Made by a program: the position numbers and the translations under genes
Assembly: GCA_965222615.1 (NCBI GenBank)
Contig: CBDCUI010000007.1
Span: forward strand, 448,001-512,000
Length of the DNA: 64,000 bases
Source of the DNA: Gammaproteobacteria bacterium
GTDB taxonomy: Bacteria > Pseudomonadota > Gammaproteobacteria > UBA4575
Reading direction: 5' to 3'
The notes under the pieces: generated by a model
What the model was told of the DNA's origin: nothing
Databases searched by the model: none
Seen by the model: the letters and a program-made list of their open reading frames with translations, nothing else
Shown here: positions 10,063-20,302 of the stretch, one piece after another
Numbering within the stretch: the stretch's first letter is position 1
Layout: each line of letters starts with the position of its first letter

Positions 10063-11546
10063 TGTTTACTCATCATCTTCCTATACTGCAAGTAATTATC
10101 CCTTTAATCCTTGCCCCGGTCTGCGCACTATTCACAAATAAAAAATTAGCGTGGTTACTTGCAACAACTGCAAGCATTATCACTTTTGTTATCGCAATAC
10201 TTTTAGTTCGTGAAGTATCTGAGCATAGCGTACTTTCTTATGAGCTTGGTGGCTGGGCGCCTCCTTGGGGGATTGAATACCGAATTGATTACTTAAGTGC
10301 GTTTATCTTAATTATTGTTTCTGCGACTGCGAGTATTACTATGCTCGCAGCACGAAAAAGTGTAGAACAAGAAATTGCAGCAGAAAAAATTCATTTATTT
10401 TATGCAGCCTATTTGCTTTGCCTCACTGGTCTATTAGGTATTATCGCTACCGGAGATGCATTTAATATATTTGTATTTTTAGAAATAAGCTCCTTGTCAT
10501 CCTATGCATTAATCGCAATGGGAAATGATCGCAAATCTCTAACAGCTTCTTACCAATATCTAATTATGGGGACAATTGGTGCCACTTTTATTTTGATTGG
10601 AATTGGCCTGCTATATATGCTTACTGGCACATTAAATATTATCGATTTGCAACAAAAAATACCTGCCTTGATTACGTCGAGAACGCTTCATGCAGCATTT
10701 GCATTTTTCACAGTCGGCATCTCTTTAAAACTTGCATTATTCCCTTTGCACTTGTGGCTACCAAATGCTTATGCATTTGCGCCTTCTATGATTACTGTAT
10801 TTCTTTCTGCTACAGCAACTAAAGTTTCCCTATATGTGTTGTACAGATTTTTCTTTGGGGTATTTTCTGACGAAATCTCTTTTGAATATTTCCATCTAGA
10901 CAAAATCCTTTTACCACTTTCTGCGGTCGCAATATTCATAGCATCTTTAGTTGCAGTTTTTCAGGATAATATAAAACGTATGCTTGCGTATTCTAGTGTC
11001 GCGCAAATTGGTTACATGACATTAGGCATTGGATTAGCGTCTAAAAGTGGAAGTGTTGCCAGTTTAGTCTATCTGTTTAACCATGCCATAATAAAGGGTG
11101 GTCTATTTTTGGCCATGGCATGTGTTGTATTTCGAACTCAATCTGTCAAATTAGAAAACTTTAATGGCTTAGGCAAACGCATGCCTTGGACGATGGCTGC
11201 AATTGTGTTGTTAGGTCTAGGCCTGATCGGTGTACCATTTACTGCGGGTTTCATTAGTAAATGGTATTTATTAGCAGCTGCCGTTGAACAAGATCAATGG
11301 ATGGCAGTTATAGTTATCGTTGGTGGCTCTTTGCTTGCGCTTCTATATATATGGAAGATTATTGAAGCAGCATACTTTAAAGCCCCAGCAGGTGAGTTTG
11401 GAAATGCCCAGGCAAGCTGCTCAGAGGCTCCTTTACAAATGCTCATTCTGCTTTGGATATTAGTGGCAATGAATTTTTATTTTGGTTTAAGCACTTCTTT
11501 TAGTTTCGAGTTTGCTCATAGCGCAATTCGTTTTTTATTTAATTAG
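10062..11546 (+). CDS. mnhD: Mrp antiporter subunit D (proton-conducting membrane subunit)
   Basis: GWAPPWGIEY, GDAFNIFVFLEI, KLALFPLHLWLPNAY and KRMLAYSSVAQIGY motifs. Confidence 0.93.
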   Translation: MFTHHLPILQVIIPLILAPVCALFTNKKLAWLLATTASIITFVIAILLVREVSEHSVLSYELGGWAPPWGIEYRIDYLSAFILIIVSATASITMLAARKSVEQEIAAEKIHLFYAAYLLCLTGLLGIIATGDAFNIFVFLEISSLSSYALIAMGNDRKSLTASYQYLIMGTIGATFILIGIGLLYMLTGTLNIIDLQQKIPALITSRTLHAAFAFFTVGISLKLALFPLHLWLPNAYAFAPSMITVFLSATATKVSLYVLYRFFFGVFSDEISFEYFHLDKILLPLSAVAIFIASLVAVFQDNIKRMLAYSSVAQIGYMTLGIGLASKSGSVASLVYLFNHAIIKGGLFLAMACVVFRTQSVKLENFNGLGKRMPWTMAAIVLLGLGLIGVPFTAGFISKWYLLAAAVEQDQWMAVIVIVGGSLLALLYIWKIIEAAYFKAPAGEFGNAQASCSEAPLQMLILLWILVAMNFYFGLSTSFSFEFAHSAIRFLFN

Positions 11547-11549
11547 CGG

Positions 11550-13004
11550 ATGGCACAAATTTTACAACATTACGAATTTGCAGTTCTGATCCCACTTTTA
11601 GGGGGGTTATTGATACTTTTTTTTCACAAATATGAACAACTGAGAGAGGCCAGCTCTATATTTACTGGTTTCATTTTATTTTTATATGTTCTTCTTCTGT
11701 TCAGGTCATACACTCCTGATGGAGATTTACACAGCATCTTAAATATTACACCTGGACTTTCTATCACGTTTCATCTTGAACCACTTGGACTTGTATTTGC
11801 GTTACTTGCATCCAGTCTCTGGATCGTTACAACAATCTATTCAATAGGTTACATGCGTGGTAATAGCGAAAAAAATCAAACTAAATTTTATGTTTTTTTT
11901 ACATTCTCCATTGCTTCCACGATGGGAATCGCTTTTGCAGCAAATTTATTTACCTTATTCCTTTTTTATGAAGCCTTAACACTATGCACATATCCTTTGG
12001 TGACTCATAAAAAAACAAACGATGCTCAAACAGGTGGACGCACATATTTAGGAATATTACTGGGCACCTCTATTCTATTTTTCTTACCGGCCATTATCAT
12101 TACTTGGTCAAATGCCAGGACATTGGATTTTATCGAAGGCGGAATTCTAGATGGAAATATAACTGGGCTAAGTAGCGTTCTTCTTTTTACTCTGTTTATG
12201 TTTGGCATAGGTAAAGCAGCTTTACTTCCATTTCACCGTTGGTTACCTGCTGCAATGGTCGCGCCGACGCCTGTCAGTGCATTATTGCATGCAGTTGCAG
12301 TAGTAAAGGCAGGGGTATTTTCTATATTGAAAATTTCCATCTATATATTTGGTATTGACTTTCTGGCCTCACAACATATTTCTAATTTAATTTTGTGGGT
12401 AGCTGTAGCAACTATGCTAATCGCTTCAATTATTGCCCTAACAAAAAATAATTTTAAAGCAAGACTTGCCTACTCTACGATAAGTCAACTATCTTACATT
12501 GTTATAGGTGCCAGCTTGGCAAGCCCGATTGCAGCCTTAGGGGGTGCATTACATATGGTGACCCATGCATTTGGCAAAATAACTTTATTCTTTTGTGCTG
12601 GAGCAATTTATACCGCGACAAAGTTTACTGAAATTAAACAGTTTGATGGCCTAGGCCGACAAATGCCATTTACCTTTACCGCCTATTTAGTTGCCACTTT
12701 AAGTATTATCGGTTTGCCACCTTTAGTCGGCAGTTGGAGTAAATGGTTTTTAATGGAAGGCACCATCAGCACACAAAATTATATTGTCTTGTTTGCATTT
12801 GGAGTAAGTACTTTATTGAACTGCGCATATTTATTGCCAGTAGCATTACGTGCCTTTTTTAAATCTAATAATGAACCATCGAGAATAAAAGAGGCACCTC
12901 TTGCATGTGTCATACCATTATGTATAACTGCTTTCTGCACACTTTTATTATTCTTTTACTTTCAACCTTTTTATGAATTTCTTTCCCCACTATTTTTGCC
13001 ATGA
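11550..13004 (+). CDS. Mrp antiporter subunit D-like (second copy)
   Basis: GKAALLPFHRWLPAAMVAPTPVSALLHAVAVVKAG and RLAYSTISQLSY motifs. Confidence 0.9.
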   Translation: MAQILQHYEFAVLIPLLGGLLILFFHKYEQLREASSIFTGFILFLYVLLLFRSYTPDGDLHSILNITPGLSITFHLEPLGLVFALLASSLWIVTTIYSIGYMRGNSEKNQTKFYVFFTFSIASTMGIAFAANLFTLFLFYEALTLCTYPLVTHKKTNDAQTGGRTYLGILLGTSILFFLPAIIITWSNARTLDFIEGGILDGNITGLSSVLLFTLFMFGIGKAALLPFHRWLPAAMVAPTPVSALLHAVAVVKAGVFSILKISIYIFGIDFLASQHISNLILWVAVATMLIASIIALTKNNFKARLAYSTISQLSYIVIGASLASPIAALGGALHMVTHAFGKITLFFCAGAIYTATKFTEIKQFDGLGRQMPFTFTAYLVATLSIIGLPPLVGSWSKWFLMEGTISTQNYIVLFAFGVSTLLNCAYLLPVALRAFFKSNNEPSRIKEAPLACVIPLCITAFCTLLLFFYFQPFYEFLSPLFLP

Positions 13005-13252
13005 AAATTTATAAAGACAAACCATACTGGCTAGATAAACCAAGCAACGTTAATAAAATACTTTACGTATTGTATGCGGTTTGCTTTCTTTTATTGATCG
13101 CAGATTTCTTTTATCACAAGCACGTTCATTTTTCTTTTGAAAACTGGCATGGTTTTTTTGCCTGGTTTGGCTTTTTAGCGTATTGCTTTATTATTTTCAG
13201 TGCTAAGTTTTTACGCAAAATTATTAAACGTGATGAGCGATACTATGATTAG
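13001..13252 (+). CDS. Small two-TM hypothetical protein inside the Mrp operon
   Basis: Overlaps both neighbours (translational coupling); WLDKP..., two hydrophobic segments and C-terminal R-x-E-x-YYD. Confidence 0.8.
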   Translation: MKIYKDKPYWLDKPSNVNKILYVLYAVCFLLLIADFFYHKHVHFSFENWHGFFAWFGFLAYCFIIFSAKFLRKIIKRDERYYD

Positions 13253-14945
13253 TATTTTCACTCATCCAGCTTTAATTTTAATTTTCGGAGGATTTCTTTC
13301 TTTATTAATTCCGAATAGTTTCAAAAAGATATTCAATCTTACCTTACCACTAGTTGCTTTATTTGCATTACTAAATATTTCTCATGGCGACTATGGGCAT
13401 TATGAGATTTTTTCTTTTCAGCTTACTTTATTACGACTCGATCACTTAAGCTTTATTTTTGCGCTTATTTTTCATATCGCTTTATTCATAGCCTCTATTT
13501 ATTCAATACATCAGAAAAATGTTCATGAAACCGCTGCAACATTTATTTACGCAGGAGCCGCAATTGGCGCTGTATTAGCAGGTGACTTACTTAGCGTTTT
13601 TATTTATTGGGAAATCACAGCGATTGCATCTGCATTAATTATTTGGACGAATAAAACCCCTCGCTCTTATTCGGTCGGTTTACGTTATTTCATTATTCAT
13701 GTAACTTCCGGTTTGCTTTTGCTAGTTGGTACAATTTTTCACTATCAAGAAACCGGTTCACTCGCGTTTAATCATCTTGGTATCGATACTTGGGCAGGCA
13801 GACTTATTTTCTTTGCATTTGGTATTAAATGCGCCTTTCCACTACTACATAATTGGCTACAAGACGCTTATCCAGAAGCCAGTCCTACAGGGACGGTAAC
13901 CTTATCGGTATTTACTACAAAGCTAGCGATATATGCCTTAGCACGCGGCTATGCCGGAACCGATGAATTGATCTGGATCGGTGCAACCATGACTGCCTTC
14001 CCCATCTTCTTTGCCGTAATCGAAAACGATATGCGTCGAGTGCTTTCATACAGCTTGAATAATCAATTAGGCTTTATGGTGGTTGGTGTCGGTGTTGGTA
14101 CCGAGATGGCATTAAATGGTACTGCCGCACATGCTTTCGCACATATTTTGTATAAAGCTTTGCTATTTATGAGTATGGGTGCGGTCTTGCACCGAGTAGG
14201 AACCATTAAGGCTTCAGAGTTAGGTGGTTTATATAAATCAATGCCATGGACCACAATATTCTGCATAGTTGGATCATTATCGATATGTGCTTTCCCTCTA
14301 TTCAGCGGCTTTGTTTCCAAATCGATGATCCTCTCTGCTACGGCAGATCAAGGCCATTGGTTAATATGGTTAGTGTTATTGTTTGCTTCTGCAGGAGTAT
14401 TAGATCACTCAGGAATAAAAATACCTTTCTTTACTTTTTTTGCGCACGATAGTGGTAAACGCTGTGATGAAGCCCCTTTTAACATGTTACTAGCCATGGC
14501 CATTACGGCATTTCTTTGTATTGCAATTGGCGTGTATCCAAATGCATTATATAAAATTCTTCCTTTTGCGGTGGATTATGCTCCTTATACAACTACTCAT
14601 GTTATTACTCAATTACAGTTGCTGTTATTTTCTGCGTTGGCGTTCGCAATTTTATACCGCACAAAAATATATCCGCCTGAAATCCCAGCAACCAACCTAG
14701 ACTTTGATTGGCTATATCGAAAACCCGGTGCCATCCTTGCAAACTACGTCATGTTGTTTATCGCAGCTGCAGAAAAATGGATCATTGTTACCATCAAGAA
14801 ATTTTCTTTTATTATCAGTTCACGTTTACATCATCATCACGGTCCACAAGGAATTCTATCCAGAACATGGCCAACCGGTAGTATGGTGATGTGGGTAGCG
14901 TTTCTACTTGGGGCCTATCTAATATTTTATTACGTATATGAATAA
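13245..14945 (+). CDS. Na+/H+ antiporter subunit D-like (third copy)
   Basis: AFPLLHNWLQDAYPEA, RRVLSYS and AHAFAHILYKALLFM motifs; likely start is the ATG at 13245. Confidence 0.9.
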   Translation: MISIFTHPALILIFGGFLSLLIPNSFKKIFNLTLPLVALFALLNISHGDYGHYEIFSFQLTLLRLDHLSFIFALIFHIALFIASIYSIHQKNVHETAATFIYAGAAIGAVLAGDLLSVFIYWEITAIASALIIWTNKTPRSYSVGLRYFIIHVTSGLLLLVGTIFHYQETGSLAFNHLGIDTWAGRLIFFAFGIKCAFPLLHNWLQDAYPEASPTGTVTLSVFTTKLAIYALARGYAGTDELIWIGATMTAFPIFFAVIENDMRRVLSYSLNNQLGFMVVGVGVGTEMALNGTAAHAFAHILYKALLFMSMGAVLHRVGTIKASELGGLYKSMPWTTIFCIVGSLSICAFPLFSGFVSKSMILSATADQGHWLIWLVLLFASAGVLDHSGIKIPFFTFFAHDSGKRCDEAPFNMLLAMAITAFLCIAIGVYPNALYKILPFAVDYAPYTTTHVITQLQLLLFSALAFAILYRTKIYPPEIPATNLDFDWLYRKPGAILANYVMLFIAAAEKWIIVTIKKFSFIISSRLHHHHGPQGILSRTWPTGSMVMWVAFLLGAYLIFYYVYE

Positions 14946-14977
14946 TTAATATATAATTTTTGGGCCGTCTACCTCAT

Positions 14978-15129
14978 TTAAGGAAGCTCTGATTTATTAA
15001 TGAAATGGCTGAGATTAGGCAAAATGATTTCGAAAAAACGGAGTGTATAGCTACATACATGAGTATTTTGAGAAATCTTTTCAACGCCATAAAATATTTG
15101 TAGGGCAGAATAAATCAGTGCTTCGTTAA
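14978..15129. repeat. Intergenic palindromic element, copy 3 (opposite orientation)
   Basis: IR ttaaggaagctctgatttatt / aataaatcagtgcttcgttaa; the interior is the reverse complement of copy 2 (aatgaaatggctgagattaggcaaaa..cggagtgtatag..tacatgag). Confidence 0.87.
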
Positions 15130-15534
15130 GTTAGTGGTTTCTACTGTGGAATGCAGTGTAGGTGAGGCATGATGAAGGACCATATGCCAGCCTTTACTGG
15201 TCTTACAATACACATTTGTCGCGATAATCTCAGAAGCCAATTTGCCGTTCAATGAAAGTACCTCGATAACATGGTGAATAGCTATATCATCACTGGCAAA
15301 TACCTTTTTATGTTTAAGATCAAAGCTTAAACCTTGTTCATGCGAGAATATTTGTACCCAGCTATCTCGAATGCTATTTAGGCCTTCCAAGCGCGAACCA
15401 CCAGGATGAATACAACATATGTCTTTATCTTTAGACCAAACCGACATCATCATTTCAATATCACACTGCTCAAACGCCAGGTAAAATGTATCCTCAGCAC
15501 TTTTTGAGGAAGAAAAAATTTTCCAGTCCTTCAT
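15115..15534 (-). CDS. SnoaL/NTF2-like protein
   Basis: FYLAFE..D..M..VW, CIHPG, ATNVY and WHMVLHHASP motifs. Confidence 0.85.
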   Translation of the reverse strand: MKDWKIFSSSKSAEDTFYLAFEQCDIEMMMSVWSKDKDICCIHPGGSRLEGLNSIRDSWVQIFSHEQGLSFDLKHKKVFASDDIAIHHVIEVLSLNGKLASEIIATNVYCKTSKGWHMVLHHASPTLHSTVETTNLTKH

Positions 15535-15578
15535 GTTCCAAATCGATATTTAGATAAATACAAAAATTATATAAACCT

Positions 15579-15926
15579 ATGACATCTGCGCGCATAAAAT
15601 TATTTAACTATGATGAATTATCAGATCCTGGGAGTAAAGGCCTAATTATTACCATTAATGGTACTGAATTAAGTCTTTTTGCTGTAAAAAAAGATAGGAA
15701 AATTTTTATTTATGAGAACTCATGCCCGCATACATTTGGACCATTAGACTGGATGCCAAATAATTTCTTGGACGAGGATCAAAAATACATAATGTGTGCG
15801 AATCATGGTGCATTATTTCAAATTGATAACGGCCTATGTATATATGGCCCATGTAAAAAACAAAGCCTTCGCACTTTACCTTTTAAAATCGATGACGGTA
15901 TTGTATATCTACTAGATTACGCCTAA
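15579..15926 (+). CDS. Rieske [2Fe-2S] ferredoxin
   Basis: CPH...CANHGALF..G.C..GP ligand pattern. Confidence 0.92.
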   Translation: MTSARIKLFNYDELSDPGSKGLIITINGTELSLFAVKKDRKIFIYENSCPHTFGPLDWMPNNFLDEDQKYIMCANHGALFQIDNGLCIYGPCKKQSLRTLPFKIDDGIVYLLDYA

Positions 15927-15932
15927 TTCCGA

Positions 15933-16868
15933 ATGCTTAATCGTTTTAATTTCTTATTTCCAATTTGGGCAATATTACTCTCTGTTGTTGCTTACTTAAA
16001 TCCAGAAATATTTATCCCACTAAAACCAAGCATTATCTATCTTTTAGCTATCGTAATGTTTGGCATGGGGATAACACTTAAACCAAAAGACTTTCTTCAG
16101 CTTGCTAAATTGAAAACTATTCTTCTAGTGGGCTTAGCATTACAGTTTCTAATTATGCCGCTGGCTGCTTGGTTAATTAGCCTTGGTTTCAGTCTTACCA
16201 CCCCTCTACTTACCGGTATGGTTTTAGTGGGTGCCTGTCCTGGCGGTACTGCGTCTAATGTGATTTGTTATTTGGCGCGTGGCAATGTTGCACTTTCGAT
16301 TGCACTGACTACAGCTTCTACTTTACTCGCCGTGCTTGCAACGCCATTATTTACTTGGCTTTATCTGGGTCAGAGTGTAGATGTTCCTTTACTACGCATG
16401 ATGTATACCGTACTTCAAGTGATCGTTTTACCAGTAAGCATAGGTGTATTGATTAATTATTTTTTTGGAGAACGCATAGCACCTATTACTCGATTCTTTC
16501 CAAGTGTCTCAGTGATTTTTATTTGTATAATTATCGCGATTATTGCCGCAAGCAACCATACCAAGCTACATAGTATTGCAGCTATAGTAGTCGTAGCGGT
16601 TATGCTGCATAATTTTGTTGGGCTGCTTATTGGCTACTTGGTAAGCTACTTACTTGGCTATGACAAAACCATACGAAAAACCATTGCTATAGAAGTGGGA
16701 ATGCAAAATTCAGGCCTAGCTGTAGCCTTAGCGATAGAATATTTCAAGCCACTTGCAGCTTTGCCTGGCGCAGTTTTCTCAATATGGCATAATCTATCAG
16801 GAGCCTTGCTTGCAGTAATTTGGTCTAAACAAACAAAGAATAAAACTACTAACGGATTCGAATCATGA
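15933..16868 (+). CDS. Bile acid:sodium symporter family transporter (PanS-like)
   Basis: MFGMGITL, CPGGTASNV and IEVGMQNSGLA motifs. Confidence 0.93.
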   Translation: MLNRFNFLFPIWAILLSVVAYLNPEIFIPLKPSIIYLLAIVMFGMGITLKPKDFLQLAKLKTILLVGLALQFLIMPLAAWLISLGFSLTTPLLTGMVLVGACPGGTASNVICYLARGNVALSIALTTASTLLAVLATPLFTWLYLGQSVDVPLLRMMYTVLQVIVLPVSIGVLINYFFGERIAPITRFFPSVSVIFICIIIAIIAASNHTKLHSIAAIVVVAVMLHNFVGLLIGYLVSYLLGYDKTIRKTIAIEVGMQNSGLAVALAIEYFKPLAALPGAVFSIWHNLSGALLAVIWSKQTKNKTTNGFES

Positions 16869-17158
16869 CATTAAACACTTCCATTTCCTTTTTCAGTGCT
16901 TTGATAAGTTGGGCACTAGCCATTTTTTTAGTTACTCAATTATTATCTGGTACGTTTGATACGCGTACTTGTCAAACTACATGTGTAAACGTCTTGTTTT
17001 GGATGTCGTTTGCAATTGCCGTGATAGGGCTAGTTTTTAGCATCGGTGGAATATCGATTGGCCAGTCTAGCCGAATAAAAACGATTTCGATACTTGCACT
17101 GCTTGGTTTATGCGGAATTTATGCAACGACCATGTTCATCGGCACCTTCGGTATCTAG
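16865..17158 (+). CDS. Small three-TM hypothetical protein
   Basis: ATGA overlap with the upstream gene, three hydrophobic segments and a CQTTC loop. Confidence 0.65.
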   Translation: MTLNTSISFFSALISWALAIFLVTQLLSGTFDTRTCQTTCVNVLFWMSFAIAVIGLVFSIGGISIGQSSRIKTISILALLGLCGIYATTMFIGTFGI

Positions 17159-17279
17159 AAATACTCAAAATCAAACGTATAGTTAATTCTAAATGTCCGC
17201 TTACGACTGTGATTTCAACCGAAAGTGGTCTTTCATTTTTTTATTAACTATTGATCAAACTATCTCTTGACTTCCCATT

Positions 17280-17566
17280 ATTTACTTGACGAGCAAGTAG
17301 ATAAGACTGCTGACAAATGAACATGGATGTTCATTTGAGACATGCTGAGCAGGATGCGAATCATGTCGACAGCGAAGTCGTTCTGTGAAGCGAGTGTACC
17401 CGATAGGGCAAGTAAATTCGGGGGTCTTTTCTTTTGGTTCCCTTGTTTAATATTTAAATGGCTTTGGACAAGCAAAGACAAAATCGTCTGGAACGATTTT
17501 GAACATTGTCATTTCATGACGATGGCCTGAAGGGCAAAATACAGGGAAGTATTTTGTAAAATGAAC
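17280..17566 (+). repeat. Multi-hairpin non-coding region (nested palindromic repeat or structured RNA)
   Basis: Hairpins at 17283-17299, 17314-17337 (caaatgaaca-tgga-tgttcatttg), 17479-17501, 17505-17523 and 17535-17556. Confidence 0.6.
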
Positions 17567-17646
17567 AATTAAACTTAATATATTTAATTCAATGAACTGA
17601 TCGTTCCCTTCTTGCTGATGTAAGAATCAGAAAAACAACCTATATA

Positions 17647-19731
17647 TTAAACTTGCCCAAACTCAATCGACTTCCCTAACCATCTTTGAATCACTGCATC
17701 CACTGTTTGTGGATGTTCCACTTGCAACATCTTTGCAGTTTCTTGCACCAGAGGAATCAAGTCTTGATCACGCATGAGGTTGGCAATGCGCAGTTGCAAC
17801 ATGCCAGTTTGCCGAGTACCTAATACTTCACCTGGTCCACGAATTTCAAGATCCACTTGTGCAACTTTAAAGCCATCGTTGGTATTGCGCATAGTATCTA
17901 TACGAACTTTGGCATTTTCAGTTAAGGGTGGATCGAATAGCAAGACACAGCTGCTTTCTTCACTACCGCGACCTACACGTCCACGCAACTGATGTAATTG
18001 TGCAAGTCCCAAGCGCTCAGCATTCTCAATAATCATTAAACTTGCATTGGGTACATCGACACCAACTTCGATGACCGTGGTGGCAATGAGCAAATCAATT
18101 TCTCGAGTCACAAACGCCTGCATCACTGCATCTTTTTCCTTGCCTTTCATACGACCATGTACGAGGCCAACTTTTACTCCACGCAATAGTTCTTTAAGTT
18201 CTCGATAAACATCTTCTGCGGCCTGACACTGCATCGCCTCTGATTCTTCTACTAAGGTACATACCCAATAGGCTTGTTGACCATTTCGACAAGCATTGGC
18301 AACACGCTGTACAACTTCATTGCGTCGCTCTAATGGAATGGCAATGGTATTTATTGGTTTGCGACCTGGCGGTAGCTCATCGATAACTGAATAATCCAAA
18401 TCTGCATACGCAGTCATGGCCAATGTTCTCGGAATAGGTGTGGCGGTCATAATCAATTGGTGCGGATACATGCCATCTTGTACACCTTTTTCACGCAATG
18501 CCAAACGTTGATGAACTCCAAAACGATGCTGCTCATCGATTACCACTAAGGCCAAATTCTTAAATGTCACCCCTTGCTGAAATAAGGCGTGGGTTCCAAC
18601 AATAGCATTAGCAGTTCCGGTCTTTATCAACTCTTTCATTTCATTACTTTTACTAGCTGTCAACTTACCCGACAACCAAGCAATACTAACCCCCAAAGGT
18701 TCTAACCATTTATAGAAATTTCTTAAGTGCTGTTCCGCCAATATTTCGGTAGGTGCCATCATGACCGCTTGATAACCTGCTTCAATTACATGTAAACATG
18801 CTGCGATTGCGATCAAAGTTTTACCACTGCCAACATCACCCTGAACTAGACGTAACATTGGGTAATCGTTTTTTAAATCTGAAAATACTATATTGATTAC
18901 ACGTTGTTGTGCATTAGTGAGTTGAAACTCGAGATTGTTTAGTAATTTTGAATAGAGATTACCATTACTCACAATCGCAATCGCCGATTGTTTTTGCATT
19001 TGCAACCGTAATTTTGCAAGACTTAACTGTTGTGCCAACAGTTCTTCGAACGCAAGCCTGCGTTGCATAGGATGCTTGCCTAGAGTTAATAATTCAGTAT
19101 CCGCATCTGGAGGTGGGCGATGCACAAATTGTAAAGCGTCTTCTATAGAAACACGCTGACCATCAATCTCAGGTGGGATCGGTAATAGATCAAGTCCTAG
19201 TGTATCTTTAGTTCTTATCCACTGCAGTGCTTGCGAAGTTAAACGTCGCAGACTAAGTTGATGTAAGCCTTCAGTAGTGGGATAGATTGGCGTTAAATGG
19301 TCTTCGACTTTAGCAATATAGTCGTTATGTTGAATTTCATACTCAGGATGTACCATTTCCGGCCCTTTTAACCCACGCCTAACTTCACCGAAACAACGCA
19401 CATTTACACCACGTGAAAAATTTTCTCGTTGTGTATTGTTGAAATAAAAAAAGCGTAACAGTACTCTTCCCGTACCATCATCCACACTTACTAGTAGCAT
19501 GCGTCTTTTTCTATATACGATCTCGCTATGTTCTACAGTCCCAATCACCACACATTCATCACCTGGACGCAAAGCTGCAATGGCTCGAATCTGGGTTCGA
19601 TCCTGATAGCGTATGGGTAAGTGAAACAGTAGGTCTTGGATTGTATAGATATGTATACGTGCTAAGCGTTCTGCAACACGAAGACCAACACCTTTAAGCG
19701 TGCTTACCGATGGGAAAGTTGTATCGTTCAA
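17647..19731 (-). CDS. recG: ATP-dependent DNA helicase RecG
   Basis: QGDVGSGKT, DEQHRFGV, TATPIPRTL and QLHQLRGRVGRG motifs. Confidence 0.98.
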   Translation of the reverse strand: MNDTTFPSVSTLKGVGLRVAERLARIHIYTIQDLLFHLPIRYQDRTQIRAIAALRPGDECVVIGTVEHSEIVYRKRRMLLVSVDDGTGRVLLRFFYFNNTQRENFSRGVNVRCFGEVRRGLKGPEMVHPEYEIQHNDYIAKVEDHLTPIYPTTEGLHQLSLRRLTSQALQWIRTKDTLGLDLLPIPPEIDGQRVSIEDALQFVHRPPPDADTELLTLGKHPMQRRLAFEELLAQQLSLAKLRLQMQKQSAIAIVSNGNLYSKLLNNLEFQLTNAQQRVINIVFSDLKNDYPMLRLVQGDVGSGKTLIAIAACLHVIEAGYQAVMMAPTEILAEQHLRNFYKWLEPLGVSIAWLSGKLTASKSNEMKELIKTGTANAIVGTHALFQQGVTFKNLALVVIDEQHRFGVHQRLALREKGVQDGMYPHQLIMTATPIPRTLAMTAYADLDYSVIDELPPGRKPINTIAIPLERRNEVVQRVANACRNGQQAYWVCTLVEESEAMQCQAAEDVYRELKELLRGVKVGLVHGRMKGKEKDAVMQAFVTREIDLLIATTVIEVGVDVPNASLMIIENAERLGLAQLHQLRGRVGRGSEESSCVLLFDPPLTENAKVRIDTMRNTNDGFKVAQVDLEIRGPGEVLGTRQTGMLQLRIANLMRDQDLIPLVQETAKMLQVEHPQTVDAVIQRWLGKSIEFGQV

Positions 19732-19775
19732 CAGTTAAAAACCGAGTACTCTATAAATCTAAGTCGAACCATTAA

Positions 19776-19898
19776 CAAAATAGTAGATAACAAGCTTAGA
19801 CTAAGGTGCAAAACTAACGAAAAGCGGAGTTTACAATCAGTATATGAGCAATTCTTGGAAATTCTAAAACGAAGCATTAACTTGCTATATGCATTTTG
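19776..19898. repeat. Degenerate copy of the palindromic element
   Basis: Core aaagcggagtttaca..gtatatgagcaattc at about 19821-19854; weak flanking IR caaaatagtagataacaag / cttgctatatgcattttg. Confidence 0.55.
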
Positions 19899-19906
19899 AA
19901 ACGCTT

Positions 19907-20290
19907 CTACTGAATCTCCATAACGGCATCCATTTCCACACTCACATCTTTTGGTAAAGATGCCACACCGACAGCTGCACGAGCTGGATAGGGTCGTGAG
20001 AAATATTCTGCCATTACTTCATTTACTAATGGGAAATGTGTGAGATCGGTTAAAAATATATTTAATTTAACTACTTCACTAAACGAACCACCTGCAGCAT
20101 CCGCTACGGCCTGTAAATTATCAAACACCTGACGAATTTGTTCTCGCATATCTGTAGCAACCACTTGCATGGTTTTTGGATCCAATGGAATTTGACCGGA
20201 TAAATATACAGTTGTGCCAACTTTTACGGCTTGTGAGTAAGTACCAATTGCCTCGGGTGCGTTTGCCGTATTAATAATTTCTCGCGTCAT
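19907..20290 (-). CDS. ridA: RidA-family enamine/imine deaminase
   Basis: [20 protein letters not shown] and [10 protein letters not shown] motifs. Confidence 0.93.
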   Translation of the reverse strand: MTREIINTANAPEAIGTYSQAVKVGTTVYLSGQIPLDPKTMQVVATDMREQIRQVFDNLQAVADAAGGSFSEVVKLNIFLTDLTHFPLVNEVMAEYFSRPYPARAAVGVASLPKDVSVEMDAVMEIQ

Positions 20291-20302
20291 TAACTTCTCC
20301 TG

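Noticed and set aside
17278-17530. Two short opposing ORFs
   Set aside because: They coincide with the multi-hairpin region and have no motifs; better explained as non-coding structure.
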